A stretch of 64,000 bases of DNA, taken from the NCBI GenBank assembly GCA_965248445.1, contig CBDFJG010000004.1, forward strand, positions 96,001 to 160,000, read 5' to 3'. This stretch comes from Planctomycetota bacterium (GTDB taxonomy: Bacteria > Planctomycetota > JAJSAM01 > JAJVHW01). Numbering within the stretch: position 1 is the first letter of the stretch; each line of letters begins with the position of its first letter. The position numbers and the translations under genes are program-made. The notes under the pieces are model-generated. The model did no database searches, was not told the DNA's origin, and was given only the letters and a program-made list of their open reading frames with translations. This document shows positions 29,619-39,004 of this stretch, piece by piece.

Positions 29619-30491
29619 TCAGATGCGGCGCGCGAGCCACTCCATGTGGCCGCCCTGCCCGGTCAGACGGACATAGAGACCGAGGAGCCGCCTGCGCAGC
29701 CCGTTGGGCATCTCGATCCCCCAGGTGCGCAGCGAGTGGAGCTCGAGGCCGGCCGTCTCGACGAGCCGCCGGGCCGTTTCCGGGTTGAAGTACGACACGT
29801 GACCCTGGCTCGCATATCCGTAGTACGACCACTTCGCGCCGGACCAACGGGCCGAGAACGACCGTGCGTTACCCGTCTTGCAGAACACAACGCCGCCGGG
29901 GCGTAGCACCCGCCGGACCTCGCGGAACAGCGGTACTGGGCTGTCCACGTGCTCGATCACCTCGCAGAGGTAGACGATGTCGACACTGGCAGATGGCAGT
30001 TCGGCGTCGGCGAGGTAGCCGGTGTGCACGTCGAGGTCGTAGCGCTCCCGCGCCAGGTCCGCGGTCTCGGCCTCGGGTTCGATCCCCCGCACGTCCCAGC
30101 CGGAAGATGCGGCAACATCGAGGAACAGCCCCTCGCGACACCCGATCTCGACGAGCTGCCCGTGACCGCGGAACGGCTCCAGTCGGCGCAACCGGCGCGC
30201 ATACTTGCGGCGGCGGTCGCGCAGTCGCCTGCTGCCCGGCTCGCCGTACTCCTCGCGCGCGTGACGCATCGGTGTGTTCGCGACGACCGGGTCCGCGTAA
30301 CGCGGATCGACGTAGACGAATGCGCACGCGTCGCACGAGACGTAGTCGAACCCCCGCTTCGTGAAGAGCTTCGACGGCCGGTGTTCCCCGCAGAGAGCAC
30401 ACGGATAGCTCTACAGCGTGCCCGCAAGATGCAGGTCCACCCGCTCGGTACCCTCCGCAGACGCTTCGGACGCGACCGTGTCGTGCGACAT
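29619..30491 (-). pseudogene. Class I SAM methyltransferase with an N-terminal CxxC...CxxC finger, interrupted by an in-frame TAG at 30411-30413
   Basis: MSHDT...GTL*SYPCALC...SCDAC continues in frame into ORF 29619-30269 (VEIGCREG, EVIEHV). Confidence 0.72.
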
Positions 30492-30546
30492 GGCGCGCCA
30501 GTCTTGTCACCCGTACTGAACGGTCGGTGAACGGCCTCTTGGCGGG

Positions 30547-31338
30547 TCACGTACGGGTCGCGACGAGAACCAGGTCGTGCGACGAGCTGGCCTCGTACGG
30601 TCCGCCATGCATGTCGCCGTGCAGAGCGGCGTCGAACCCGGCGGACGCGAAGCGCGGGGTCAGGTCGGCGGGCGTCCACGCGCGCAGCGGCACGCGCCGG
30701 GTGCCGCGGACAGTGACGGGCTCCTCGGCGTCGTGCTGCAACTCCAGCGTCGTCGGGAAGAACAGGATCCGGCCGCCCCCCGCGTCCTTCATCAGGCGGA
30801 GGAACACGATCTCGGTTCGGTCGTCGTCACCCGCGCGCATGTTCACAGGCAGGTGACGGATGTCCTGAGACAGGATGCGCTCGTAGTTCAGGAGCTGCAC
30901 GAGCAGAAGTCCGCCTGGCAAGAGGAGTGAGTGCGCCGACGCGAGAAGCGTGTCGAGTTCGTCGTCCTCCTGCACGTGCGGCAGCATGTTCCCGAGGCAG
31001 ATGGCGAGACCGAAGGGTGGCTCGTCCGGCAGAACTGGATGCGCAGACAGCGCGTCGCCGAGCACGAACCGGCCGTCACCGCGCGACTCGTGCTCCTGCG
31101 CGGCCTCGATCATCGACTCGGAGCGGTCGAGCCCGACGGCACGGGCTCCTCGCTGCGCGAAGAACGCCGTGTGCTCGCCGGTCCCGCAACCGAGATCCAG
31201 CACCGAGCGGTCCGGCGCGCGGTCGAGCAGCGAGAGCAGGTACGGCGACTCCCGCTCGATGCGCCGCTGCCACGCGATGAGCCGCCGGTACTCCACACGC
31301 GAATACTGATCGCCGGGACCTCCGCTCTCCTTGCTCAT
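30547..31338 (-). CDS. Class I SAM-dependent methyltransferase (Methyltransf_25-like)
   Basis: VLDLGCGTG, ICLGNMLPH and LLPGG. Confidence 0.88.
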   Translation of the reverse strand: MSKESGGPGDQYSRVEYRRLIAWQRRIERESPYLLSLLDRAPDRSVLDLGCGTGEHTAFFAQRGARAVGLDRSESMIEAAQEHESRGDGRFVLGDALSAHPVLPDEPPFGLAICLGNMLPHVQEDDELDTLLASAHSLLLPGGLLLVQLLNYERILSQDIRHLPVNMRAGDDDRTEIVFLRLMKDAGGGRILFFPTTLELQHDAEEPVTVRGTRRVPLRAWTPADLTPRFASAGFDAALHGDMHGGPYEASSSHDLVLVATRT

Positions 31339-31363
31339 TCGATCGATCAGGCTACTCGGCGTC

Positions 31364-31996
31364 TCACTTGGCAGCGTGGGTGCGATTCTCGCTCATCCGG
31401 CGCGCGCTCAGCCGGAACACGAAGTCGAGTGTCAGGTAGGCGAACACGATCAGCGCGAGCACGTACGCGCCGATCTTCACCTGGGTGGCCGAGGATGCCA
31501 GCGCTGTAAGCGTCGCGGAGGGTGCATCCGCGTCGTCCGGCACGCCGTACACGATGAACAGCAACAGGATGTTCTCGATCACATCGGCTATCAGCGCGAT
31601 GGCGCCGAGCACCGTGACCGGAATGCTCGCCGTGCGCCACCCACCGACACGCCGCGCTCCCACACGCGAGAGCGCACCCATCAGCGCGAGCGCGTAGAGC
31701 GTCATCACGCCGAAGAGGAGAGCGACGATGAAGTCGACCCACGTGGCGGTGGCGTAGAACGACCATGACGACGGACCGACCGACTCGAACACGTTGCGCA
31801 GATCGTCGGCCGTGTACCCACGCCACTGCATGTGTGGCCAGAGCGCCGGATCGACCCCGCCGCCCCACTGCAGGAGCTGCATCGAGAAGAAGATCAGCGC
31901 AGCGAACACGAACGCAAACATCGCGGAGACGAACGCTGCGAGGACCACGCGCTGCCACGCTCTGAAGCGTGTCGGGTCCACGTCAAGCAGTCTCAT
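31364..31996 (-). CDS. Hypothetical membrane protein (~4 TM)
   Basis: Hydrophobic segments and an ADVIEN motif; start overlaps the end of the DUF2235 gene. Confidence 0.65.
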   Translation of the reverse strand: MRLLDVDPTRFRAWQRVVLAAFVSAMFAFVFAALIFFSMQLLQWGGGVDPALWPHMQWRGYTADDLRNVFESVGPSSWSFYATATWVDFIVALLFGVMTLYALALMGALSRVGARRVGGWRTASIPVTVLGAIALIADVIENILLLFIVYGVPDDADAPSATLTALASSATQVKIGAYVLALIVFAYLTLDFVFRLSARRMSENRTHAAK

Positions 31997-33602
31997 CGCC
32001 GCCTCCTTCAAGCTGAGCGATCGACCGCACATCGACACACAACATGCGGTGGGCCCAGTGATCCTCGAATACCCGGTGCATCGCGCGCTTCATGCGCGCT
32101 CCCAGCCAGAGCAGCGCGACGAGCGCTCCGAGCACCAGGTACACCGCGGCCCAGCCATCGATCACCAGCGGGCGCGTGCGCCGGACGATGTCGTCCAGGA
32201 AATCGATCGGGCTCACCCACTCCGCCGCGGTCCACGCTGCGGCCACAGGCCCGGCCAGCGGAGAGCGCGACCCCTCGGTTTCCAGTCCGTCCGGCGTGAG
32301 AATCAGTGCGATCACGACTGCAGCAACGAGGAGCAGGACCGCCCAATACACCGCGCGGTAGGCGCACCGCTGTCTCGTCACGCGGCGCAGCGGCGGGTCC
32401 GTGTCCTCGTCGGAGGACTCGATCTGTGCGACCAGGTGATGCACGTCGTCGCTGACCGGTGGATCGTGCGGCGTCGACACGACGGTGCACTTCTCGGGGA
32501 GATTGCCGGGCGCGTAGGCGCCCATGCTCCCGACGATCCGGTCCACGACCGAGCGGTGGATGCACACCTCGCCGGCGCCGGACTCCTGGCGGAGAGCCGC
32601 GACATCGCGCGGGCGCCAGCGATAGAACTGGGAGACCCCTCCGCGCGAATCGTACAGACGATCCTGCACGTCCCACGTGTCCCGCGCGCGCGTGAGCGCG
32701 CCGTCACGCAGGGACAGGCCGCAAAACTTCGCCCGGTCCATCATCCAGACCAGTGACGGCGCCGCAAGGCCCTGCCGCGGGTATCCGCCACCGACATTCG
32801 AGTGCGCGCCTGCGAACCAGACCTGCTCACAGTGCGGCGAGCCGTCCCCGGGCGTCTTCCACACCTTCGGCCGGAAGCTCGCGCGCTCCTCGTCCAGAGC
32901 CAGCGCCTGGAACGAGTGATTGACGTGCGGCGAGAGTTTGTGGTCGTGGAACTCGACATAGAGAACCTGGTCGACGGCCCAGCGCATCGCGTCGAACGGG
33001 CCGCCGAGAGCACTCACCGTGTCCCACACCCCGAGGCACTCGATGGTGCCGGAATGCGCGCGGTCTCGCCGGAATGCGAACGCGTGCGACTCCTTCTCCG
33101 CGCGCAGCGGCCGCAGCGTGCGATCGAACCAGCCCCGTTTCAGCGCGGCGACCTGCTTGACTCGGCGCTTGGTGATGTGGTCGCGCCGATACGCCGCGAA
33201 CGCCTCGTTCGCGGCACGACCGACCGGATCGTCGGACAGCTCTTTGTAGTCCTGCCAGCGCGCCACGCCGCAGAGCCCGATGAGCCCCGACAACGAGCGC
33301 ACCGTGAACGCGCCGCGGCTGAACCCGAACAGGAAGATGCGATCGTCCTTTTCATAGTGGCGCACCAGGAACTCGTAGAGGTCGCGGATGTTCTTGTTCA
33401 GACCGAATCCGAACGCGCCGCCGAGAAGCTGCCTCGGCCGGAGCTTCGACGTGCCGACGCCGTCGTCGTAGGCGGCGATCTGCGTCACGCCCGCTCCATC
33501 GTCGCCGGGGAGAATCTCCTGATACAGGCGCCAGACGTTCGTCGGCCGGCCCACGCCGCCCTGGTTCCACGTCCCGTCCGAACAGAGGATGATGTTCTTC
33601 AC
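31983..33602 (-). CDS. DUF2235 alpha/beta-hydrolase (Tle1-like lipase domain) with C-terminal TM helices
   Basis: CSDGTWN, TNVWRL, YDDGVGT, GFSRGA, GVWDTV, ALALDEER and WFAGAHSNVGGGY. Confidence 0.9.
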   Translation of the reverse strand: MKNIILCSDGTWNQGGVGRPTNVWRLYQEILPGDDGAGVTQIAAYDDGVGTSKLRPRQLLGGAFGFGLNKNIRDLYEFLVRHYEKDDRIFLFGFSRGAFTVRSLSGLIGLCGVARWQDYKELSDDPVGRAANEAFAAYRRDHITKRRVKQVAALKRGWFDRTLRPLRAEKESHAFAFRRDRAHSGTIECLGVWDTVSALGGPFDAMRWAVDQVLYVEFHDHKLSPHVNHSFQALALDEERASFRPKVWKTPGDGSPHCEQVWFAGAHSNVGGGYPRQGLAAPSLVWMMDRAKFCGLSLRDGALTRARDTWDVQDRLYDSRGGVSQFYRWRPRDVAALRQESGAGEVCIHRSVVDRIVGSMGAYAPGNLPEKCTVVSTPHDPPVSDDVHHLVAQIESSDEDTDPPLRRVTRQRCAYRAVYWAVLLLVAAVVIALILTPDGLETEGSRSPLAGPVAAAWTAAEWVSPIDFLDDIVRRTRPLVIDGWAAVYLVLGALVALLWLGARMKRAMHRVFEDHWAHRMLCVDVRSIAQLEGGGDETA

Positions 33603-35647
33603 GGCGTCCCGCCTGGGGCGCGGAACGGCTGGGACTCCGACAGCCTTTCGGTTTCTCCGCTCACGACGATCTTGTACTCCGTTCCAGCTGACGCTGCTTG
33701 AGGGAACCCCCAAGCAACCGTCCACTGCTGCTTGCCGCCCGAACACCCGGTCATCGCCACCGCCAGCGACGGTCCGGCGTCCGTCTCCAGCAACCGCCAC
33801 GCTCCCCCCGACACGCGAGAGTGGACCGCGGCAGCGGGCGCGGCCACGACACGTCCGTCCGCGTCCTGCGGCGAGATCACGAAGGTGTGCAGCCTCACGG
33901 CCCGTGGCCGGACGGCACCGACCAGTTCAACGAGTTCGTCGACTCCGTCCGGGGTCCCCGGGGCATCGCAGGCGTTCGACGACTTGAACCGGCGTCGGAG
34001 GAGTCCCGGGGAGTGTCCGAAGCGAAGCGCCTCCCCTGTGCCGGCGGTACCGTCGCGCAGGTCGCGCGCCAGCGCGTGGTACCGCCACGCGAGCCACCGG
34101 CTGCTGTCGCGGCCGTAGAGCGTCGACGCGCCCTCGTAGTGCTGGTGGTCGTACTCCTCGGGAGTCGCGAAGTAGGACAGGTATTCGTTCGCCAGGCCGA
34201 CGGGCCAGACGTCCGCCTCGGCGACGCCGAGGCCCTGCGCGACGGCACGCCGCACGCGCAACCCCGTGACCGTCGTCGCCTCGCCGGGGATGCTGACGAG
34301 CACCAGCCCGCCCAGGTCGTGGATGGCGAGCGGGACTTGTTCCGGCGGACCGGCGAGCGCGTCCACGATCACACTGAGCGGCTTGAGACACCGCCACCAC
34401 GACAGGCACAGATCCGCGGCGGGGAGCTTCGGGTACTGCGTCGGAGGCGACGGCCCCGTCATCCCCTCGAAACGCTCATCCGGCCACTTCGACGTGCGGC
34501 CGTCCTCCGCTCCGCCCTCGGCCGACGCGCCGATCATGACGTACGCCCCCGTGCGCCCCGGCTGTCCGGTCTCGTCGGTGAAGACACGGCCTTCGATCCG
34601 CTCGTAGCGCAACGCAGCCCGAACGGTAGACACGGTTCGCGTCCGCCCAGCCGACGCGAGGCCCGAGACGTGCACACCGAGCTCTTTGCCCAGCCGCACC
34701 GTCTCGTAGGCAGTCTGATCCTCCCATGCTGCCGAGACGTCGCCCTCCGCGCCGTTGAACAGCGCGACGACGGGCGGCTCGGGAGCGCTCGCCGCGAGAA
34801 GGAACTCGGCGTGATGCGCGGCCACGCCGAACAGCGCAGGTGTGTACACGGTTCCGCTCGGACCGATCGACGTCGGGTGCGCGGCCGCGAACGCGGCTAC
34901 CGCGAGCACGCGGCCGTCGGCGGCCCGTGCGGTGAGCACCCGCACCAGCGGATCGACCGCCTTGTAGGCGCGCGGGTCGGGGAACTCGGAGGACAGCGGG
35001 CCCACCGGCATGCGCGGGTTCCCGGCGATGATCTCCACGGCCTCCTCATTGGCATCGAACGGGGGCATGCTGCGGTTTCGGAACACGAGCGGCAGCTTGC
35101 TCTGCGACGTCCTCAGCTCTGCGGGCTCGGACACCAGGACGGCGTCGAGCACGGCGCGGGCAATGCGCTCGGCGAGGAAGTCGAAGAGCGCTCGGTCGAA
35201 CCCAGGCTGGACTCCAGCGAGCAGGTTGTACCCGGCGCTGCTCGAGTAGTTCGCGGGGCTGTGATGTGTGTGAGACGCCGCGACGACGATGCGCGCGCTG
35301 CCCAGGTGACGTCCGTGCGCGTCGAGCGTGACGAGCTCGGCGACGCGGTCCCGCAGACCCGCAGGAACTGCCCACAGGTCCGTCGCCACGAGTACGAGCG
35401 CCGTACCGTCAGGGGCCTCGACGTAGACCGCACGCGCGAACAGGCGGCCCCAGTGTCCGCGAGACACTTGCCCGGCTGTGGAGAAGCCCCCCATCGGAAT
35501 GCCCGGGAGCGGCGTGATGTCGACGCGCGCGGCTCCGGCGTGCAGCTGGCCACGGCCCGGCCACGCGACCGGCGCCGGAACTTCGCCGCGGATGCACGTG
35601 CACGCCGGGAGCAGCGCGGCCATCACGACGAAGGCCCACCGCGTCAC
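33599..35647 (-). CDS. Neutral/alkaline non-lysosomal ceramidase-family protein, exported
   Basis: LFARA, SHTHHSP, NRS, HPTS, GAEGDVS, PGEATT and GLANEYLSY...EYDHQHYEGASTLYG; lipobox-like LPAC. Confidence 0.88.
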   Translation of the reverse strand: MTRWAFVVMAALLPACTCIRGEVPAPVAWPGRGQLHAGAARVDITPLPGIPMGGFSTAGQVSRGHWGRLFARAVYVEAPDGTALVLVATDLWAVPAGLRDRVAELVTLDAHGRHLGSARIVVAASHTHHSPANYSSSAGYNLLAGVQPGFDRALFDFLAERIARAVLDAVLVSEPAELRTSQSKLPLVFRNRSMPPFDANEEAVEIIAGNPRMPVGPLSSEFPDPRAYKAVDPLVRVLTARAADGRVLAVAAFAAAHPTSIGPSGTVYTPALFGVAAHHAEFLLAASAPEPPVVALFNGAEGDVSAAWEDQTAYETVRLGKELGVHVSGLASAGRTRTVSTVRAALRYERIEGRVFTDETGQPGRTGAYVMIGASAEGGAEDGRTSKWPDERFEGMTGPSPPTQYPKLPAADLCLSWWRCLKPLSVIVDALAGPPEQVPLAIHDLGGLVLVSIPGEATTVTGLRVRRAVAQGLGVAEADVWPVGLANEYLSYFATPEEYDHQHYEGASTLYGRDSSRWLAWRYHALARDLRDGTAGTGEALRFGHSPGLLRRRFKSSNACDAPGTPDGVDELVELVGAVRPRAVRLHTFVISPQDADGRVVAAPAAAVHSRVSGGAWRLLETDAGPSLAVAMTGCSGGKQQWTVAWGFPQAASAGTEYKIVVSGETERLSESQPFRAPGGTP

Positions 35648-38600
35648 TCAGCGGTCCTCCGCACGCATGGGCAGCGGTACGTGTTGCACGCGCGGGTGAC
35701 GGCCGGGCCGGACCTCCACGACCACGAAGCCGCGGTGTTTGTCCTGCACGTCCCCCAGCGAGTTCAGACGGGCAAGGCGGATCTCGTCGGTCGCGGGGTG
35801 CGCAACCTCCTCCCACCACGGCGGCTGCCCGCCGCTCGACACGCGGAAGAACCGGTTCCACGGCGCGCCGCTCGGGAACGACTCGTCCACCGGCTGCCCG
35901 TGGAACGGATCGCCGTTCTTGCTCCAGCGCCCGCGGGCATAGACGTCGTTGTGCCCCTCGAACACGCGGAATGCGTAGTTGCCGGCCGGGTCGCCGGTAC
36001 CTGTCGAGATCGCGTGATCTCGCACCGCGGCGAGCAGTTCACGGGCGCCGCTCGCGTGGCCGTCCTTCTCGTTGAAGAGCTGCCACTCCATCAGTTCGCC
36101 GCGCTCGAAGAACTTGCTGCGCAGGAGGAGATGGATGCCCGGCGTCACTCCCGGCCAGATCAGACCGACCGTCGGTGCGTGCCCCAGCCCGGCGTACCCG
36201 CCGGACCACGTCTGCCAGAACGCCTCGACCTGGTCGTAGCGGCCCCAGTCGCGATCCCGCCCTTCGAGCTTGTCGCCGACCGTGTCGCTCTCCCTGGGAT
36301 ACGCACCGCGCGGATCGTGGTGCAGGAAGAGGGTCGTTCCCCGCATCGCCGACGACGAACCGTCCACCGCCTCGCGGATCGCCGCGCCGCTGTCCATGGC
36401 GGCACGGGCCCACAGCACGTCGTTCGACTCGACGCCGCCGCCGCCGTAGAAGACGGCCGGACCGAAGCCGTCCCGTGTGGTCCACGGGTGCGCGTACGTG
36501 TTCAGTCCCACGAACTGGTGTCCGCGGTACGAGAACGAGAAGTTGAGCGGCCCCAGGTGACTCTGCCACTCGAGGAGCCCGTCGTAGACCGGCCAGAGGA
36601 GGGGGTTGTAGTACTCCTCCGCGCGCTCCTCGATGGGCACGCCGGGACGCACCCATGCGCGTGTCGGCGCCGGGGGCGCGAAGATCGTGGGCAGCCACTC
36701 GTAGAACGTGCGCTCGAACCAGTCGAGTCCCGTCACGCCGTCGATCAGGCGGCCGATGAACGCGATGAATGCCGCGGGCGTCCCGGCTGTCTGCACGTAC
36801 CCGTCGTGGTTCCCGGGCACCGCGAACACGGGCTTCCTGATCTTCGCGAACTGCGACTTGATCGACAGGAACTCACCGCGATCCTCGATCTCGGCCCGGT
36901 CGGGAGAGAACAGATCGCACAAGAGGCCGTTGCCCAGGTCCCACGGACGCTTGTTCGGGCGCGTGTACGGGGAGCTCGCCCCGGACAGTCCCAGCGCGGA
37001 GGAGATGAAGTTCGCGGGATTGCTGCCGGCGCGCCCGTCGGCCACGTCCCCCGCGAGCACGACGAACTTCGCCCGATCCACCAGCGCGCGAAGTTGCTCG
37101 CAGCGAGTCGTGCCCGAGACGTGGGACCACGGGTCGTCCGCCGCGTCGTCGTAGGCCTTCTCGAGGGTCGGATCGAGCATCCGCGCGAAGTCGTTGAGCG
37201 CGCGCGGGTCGCGCGAGAACTGCAGGTCTGCGCCGACGACGTATACGAAGCCGCCGTCCCCGCTCTCCTCGCGCAGCAGACCGCAGACGCGACCCTGACC
37301 GACGTCCGGCGGACGGAGCGGGGCGATGTCTCGACGGGCTCCGAGGACCGCCAGCTGCCGCGTTCCGGGCCGTGCGGCACCCCGGTTCGTCTGGGGCGTC
37401 GAGAAGCGCGCGTCGTCGAACGCGACCGGGCACGCATTCGCCCGTGCGCTCCAGACCGTTCGTAGTGCATCGCCCAGCCGCGCCACGGCGCCGAGACTGT
37501 CCGAGTCGAGCCGCACCCATCCGTCGCGCACCACGGAGCAGTGGGCGATTTCGTCAGCCAGGTCATCGAAGGCGTCGGACACCCGCTCGAGCAGGTCCCG
37601 CCGGTACGGCAGCTGATACCACGTCTCGACGGCATCCGCGGCGCGGCGCATCCACGCGGCCGCGGCGTCGCGTTGCTCGACCACCTCGGGGGCGCCGGCA
37701 CCGGCCGCTGCGGTGATGTACACCGAAGCGTCGTCGAGACGGCCCTCGGCGAGGTACTGCGCGAACAGCGCGAGAGTGTCCGGAGGGTCGTACCCGACTC
37801 CTGAGTCGTCGAGCACGCGCACGCGCGGGACGATACGGACGTCGTAGAACCCCTCCTCCACCTCGCGGCGGCTCACCTCGTCGTAGCGTGACGCGTCCGC
37901 GTCGGCCGGCACGAGCACCGAGCCGCCGGGGAGGTCTCCGGCGTAGCTCGCAGGCACGCCGCAGTGCAGCATCACGAACGAGTAGACGCGGTTGACCTCC
38001 GGGTTGGCGAGCGTCAGCTCCGTGGCCTCGTCCGTCAGCGACTGCACGCTCACCGCACCGAGATCCGCTGCCTCTTCGGTCCTCGTGAACGCATCGCCTC
38101 CGCCGGCTGAACGGCGCCCGAAGTAGTTGCCGTTCGTCACCGGAACGGCCGGTTCAGGAAACGCGAGCTCCGGCTCCCCGTCCGCGCGGCGGCTCTGCAC
38201 AAAGAATGCGAGGCGCGCTGTCAGGAACTTGGCGCGGTGTTTCGGGTGGAACTCCTCGATCAGCGAGTGCCCGTCGCCCAGTCCGGACCGCCGCGACGCG
38301 CCCTTCGACAGCGGCCCCGTCCACGGCCGCCCCTCTCGCGACGACTCGGTCCGGATGCGGTCCAGTTCCCGCCACGCCGCGTCCACATCCGTCAGTTGGT
38401 CGTCCGCGAGCAGGTACGGATCCTGCAAGACCACGGGGGTGACCCACGCGATCTGTGTCGCGTCGTCGAGCGCCGCCCACGGGGGGATGCCGCCGCCAGT
38501 CAGTCCTCCGGGCGTCGGCACTGCGTTCCCATCCCACGCCGACGCCGACACGAGCGCGGGCGAGAACAGCCGCGGATATGCCTGCGGTGCCGGTTCGTCG

Positions 38601-38866
38601 CGGTGTGTGAACGGGGAGAGCCGCTGCTTGAGATACAGCGGCTCGTTGGCGAGCGTCACGTACGCATCGACCGACGTGCGGCCGGCCGACGAGTACTCGG
38701 CGGTGCGGCGCTCGGCCCGGCGGCCGATGTGTCTGAGCACAGCGTCGGCCGGACCCTGCATGTCGGGGTACGGACGAGCGTCGCCACCGGTCGCGCAAGC
38801 GGCCGTCGTGAGCGCCGCGAGAGCGCCCGTTGCCAGCGCAGCCCACGCGCGGCACCCACGGCCCAT
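35648..38866 (-). CDS. Large lipoprotein with a C-terminal calcineurin-like metallophosphoesterase domain
   Basis: Lipobox TAAC; ADLQ, GDVAD, VPGNHDG, HHDP and GHND motifs. Confidence 0.8.
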   Translation of the reverse strand: MGRGCRAWAALATGALAALTTAACATGGDARPYPDMQGPADAVLRHIGRRAERRTAEYSSAGRTSVDAYVTLANEPLYLKQRLSPFTHRDEPAPQAYPRLFSPALVSASAWDGNAVPTPGGLTGGGIPPWAALDDATQIAWVTPVVLQDPYLLADDQLTDVDAAWRELDRIRTESSREGRPWTGPLSKGASRRSGLGDGHSLIEEFHPKHRAKFLTARLAFFVQSRRADGEPELAFPEPAVPVTNGNYFGRRSAGGGDAFTRTEEAADLGAVSVQSLTDEATELTLANPEVNRVYSFVMLHCGVPASYAGDLPGGSVLVPADADASRYDEVSRREVEEGFYDVRIVPRVRVLDDSGVGYDPPDTLALFAQYLAEGRLDDASVYITAAAGAGAPEVVEQRDAAAAWMRRAADAVETWYQLPYRRDLLERVSDAFDDLADEIAHCSVVRDGWVRLDSDSLGAVARLGDALRTVWSARANACPVAFDDARFSTPQTNRGAARPGTRQLAVLGARRDIAPLRPPDVGQGRVCGLLREESGDGGFVYVVGADLQFSRDPRALNDFARMLDPTLEKAYDDAADDPWSHVSGTTRCEQLRALVDRAKFVVLAGDVADGRAGSNPANFISSALGLSGASSPYTRPNKRPWDLGNGLLCDLFSPDRAEIEDRGEFLSIKSQFAKIRKPVFAVPGNHDGYVQTAGTPAAFIAFIGRLIDGVTGLDWFERTFYEWLPTIFAPPAPTRAWVRPGVPIEERAEEYYNPLLWPVYDGLLEWQSHLGPLNFSFSYRGHQFVGLNTYAHPWTTRDGFGPAVFYGGGGVESNDVLWARAAMDSGAAIREAVDGSSSAMRGTTLFLHHDPRGAYPRESDTVGDKLEGRDRDWGRYDQVEAFWQTWSGGYAGLGHAPTVGLIWPGVTPGIHLLLRSKFFERGELMEWQLFNEKDGHASGARELLAAVRDHAISTGTGDPAGNYAFRVFEGHNDVYARGRWSKNGDPFHGQPVDESFPSGAPWNRFFRVSSGGQPPWWEEVAHPATDEIRLARLNSLGDVQDKHRGFVVVEVRPGRHPRVQHVPLPMRAEDR

Positions 38867-38948
38867 CGAGTTCCCTCCCCCGACTTCTATACCCCGCCGT
38901 GAGCCGGGGATCAACGCCCAGAGTGAATCGAGAAGGCCCGGGTTGATT

Positions 38949-38981
38949 CAAAACGGCCCGGAGCCGTGTGGCTCCGGGCCG
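38949..38981 (-). terminator. Intrinsic terminator after the selenoprotein gene
   Basis: 12-bp stem cggcccggagcc/ggctccgggccg followed by TTTT on the minus strand. Confidence 0.75.
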
Positions 38982-39004
38982 CCGTTGCTCGCAAGCGGGA
39001 GGAG

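Noticed and set aside
30411..30413. Pyrrolysine recoding of the TAG
   Set aside because: Not a methylamine methyltransferase, the codon is in a non-catalytic leader, and no pyl genes are visible.
31983..33602. DUF2235 protein as a T6SS Tle1 effector
   Set aside because: No vgrG/PAAR/adaptor gene nearby; it has C-terminal TM anchors and is coupled to a ceramidase gene.
33698..37465. 1255-aa plus-strand ORF
   Set aside because: Antisense shadow of the ceramidase and phosphoesterase genes; typical high-GC artefact.
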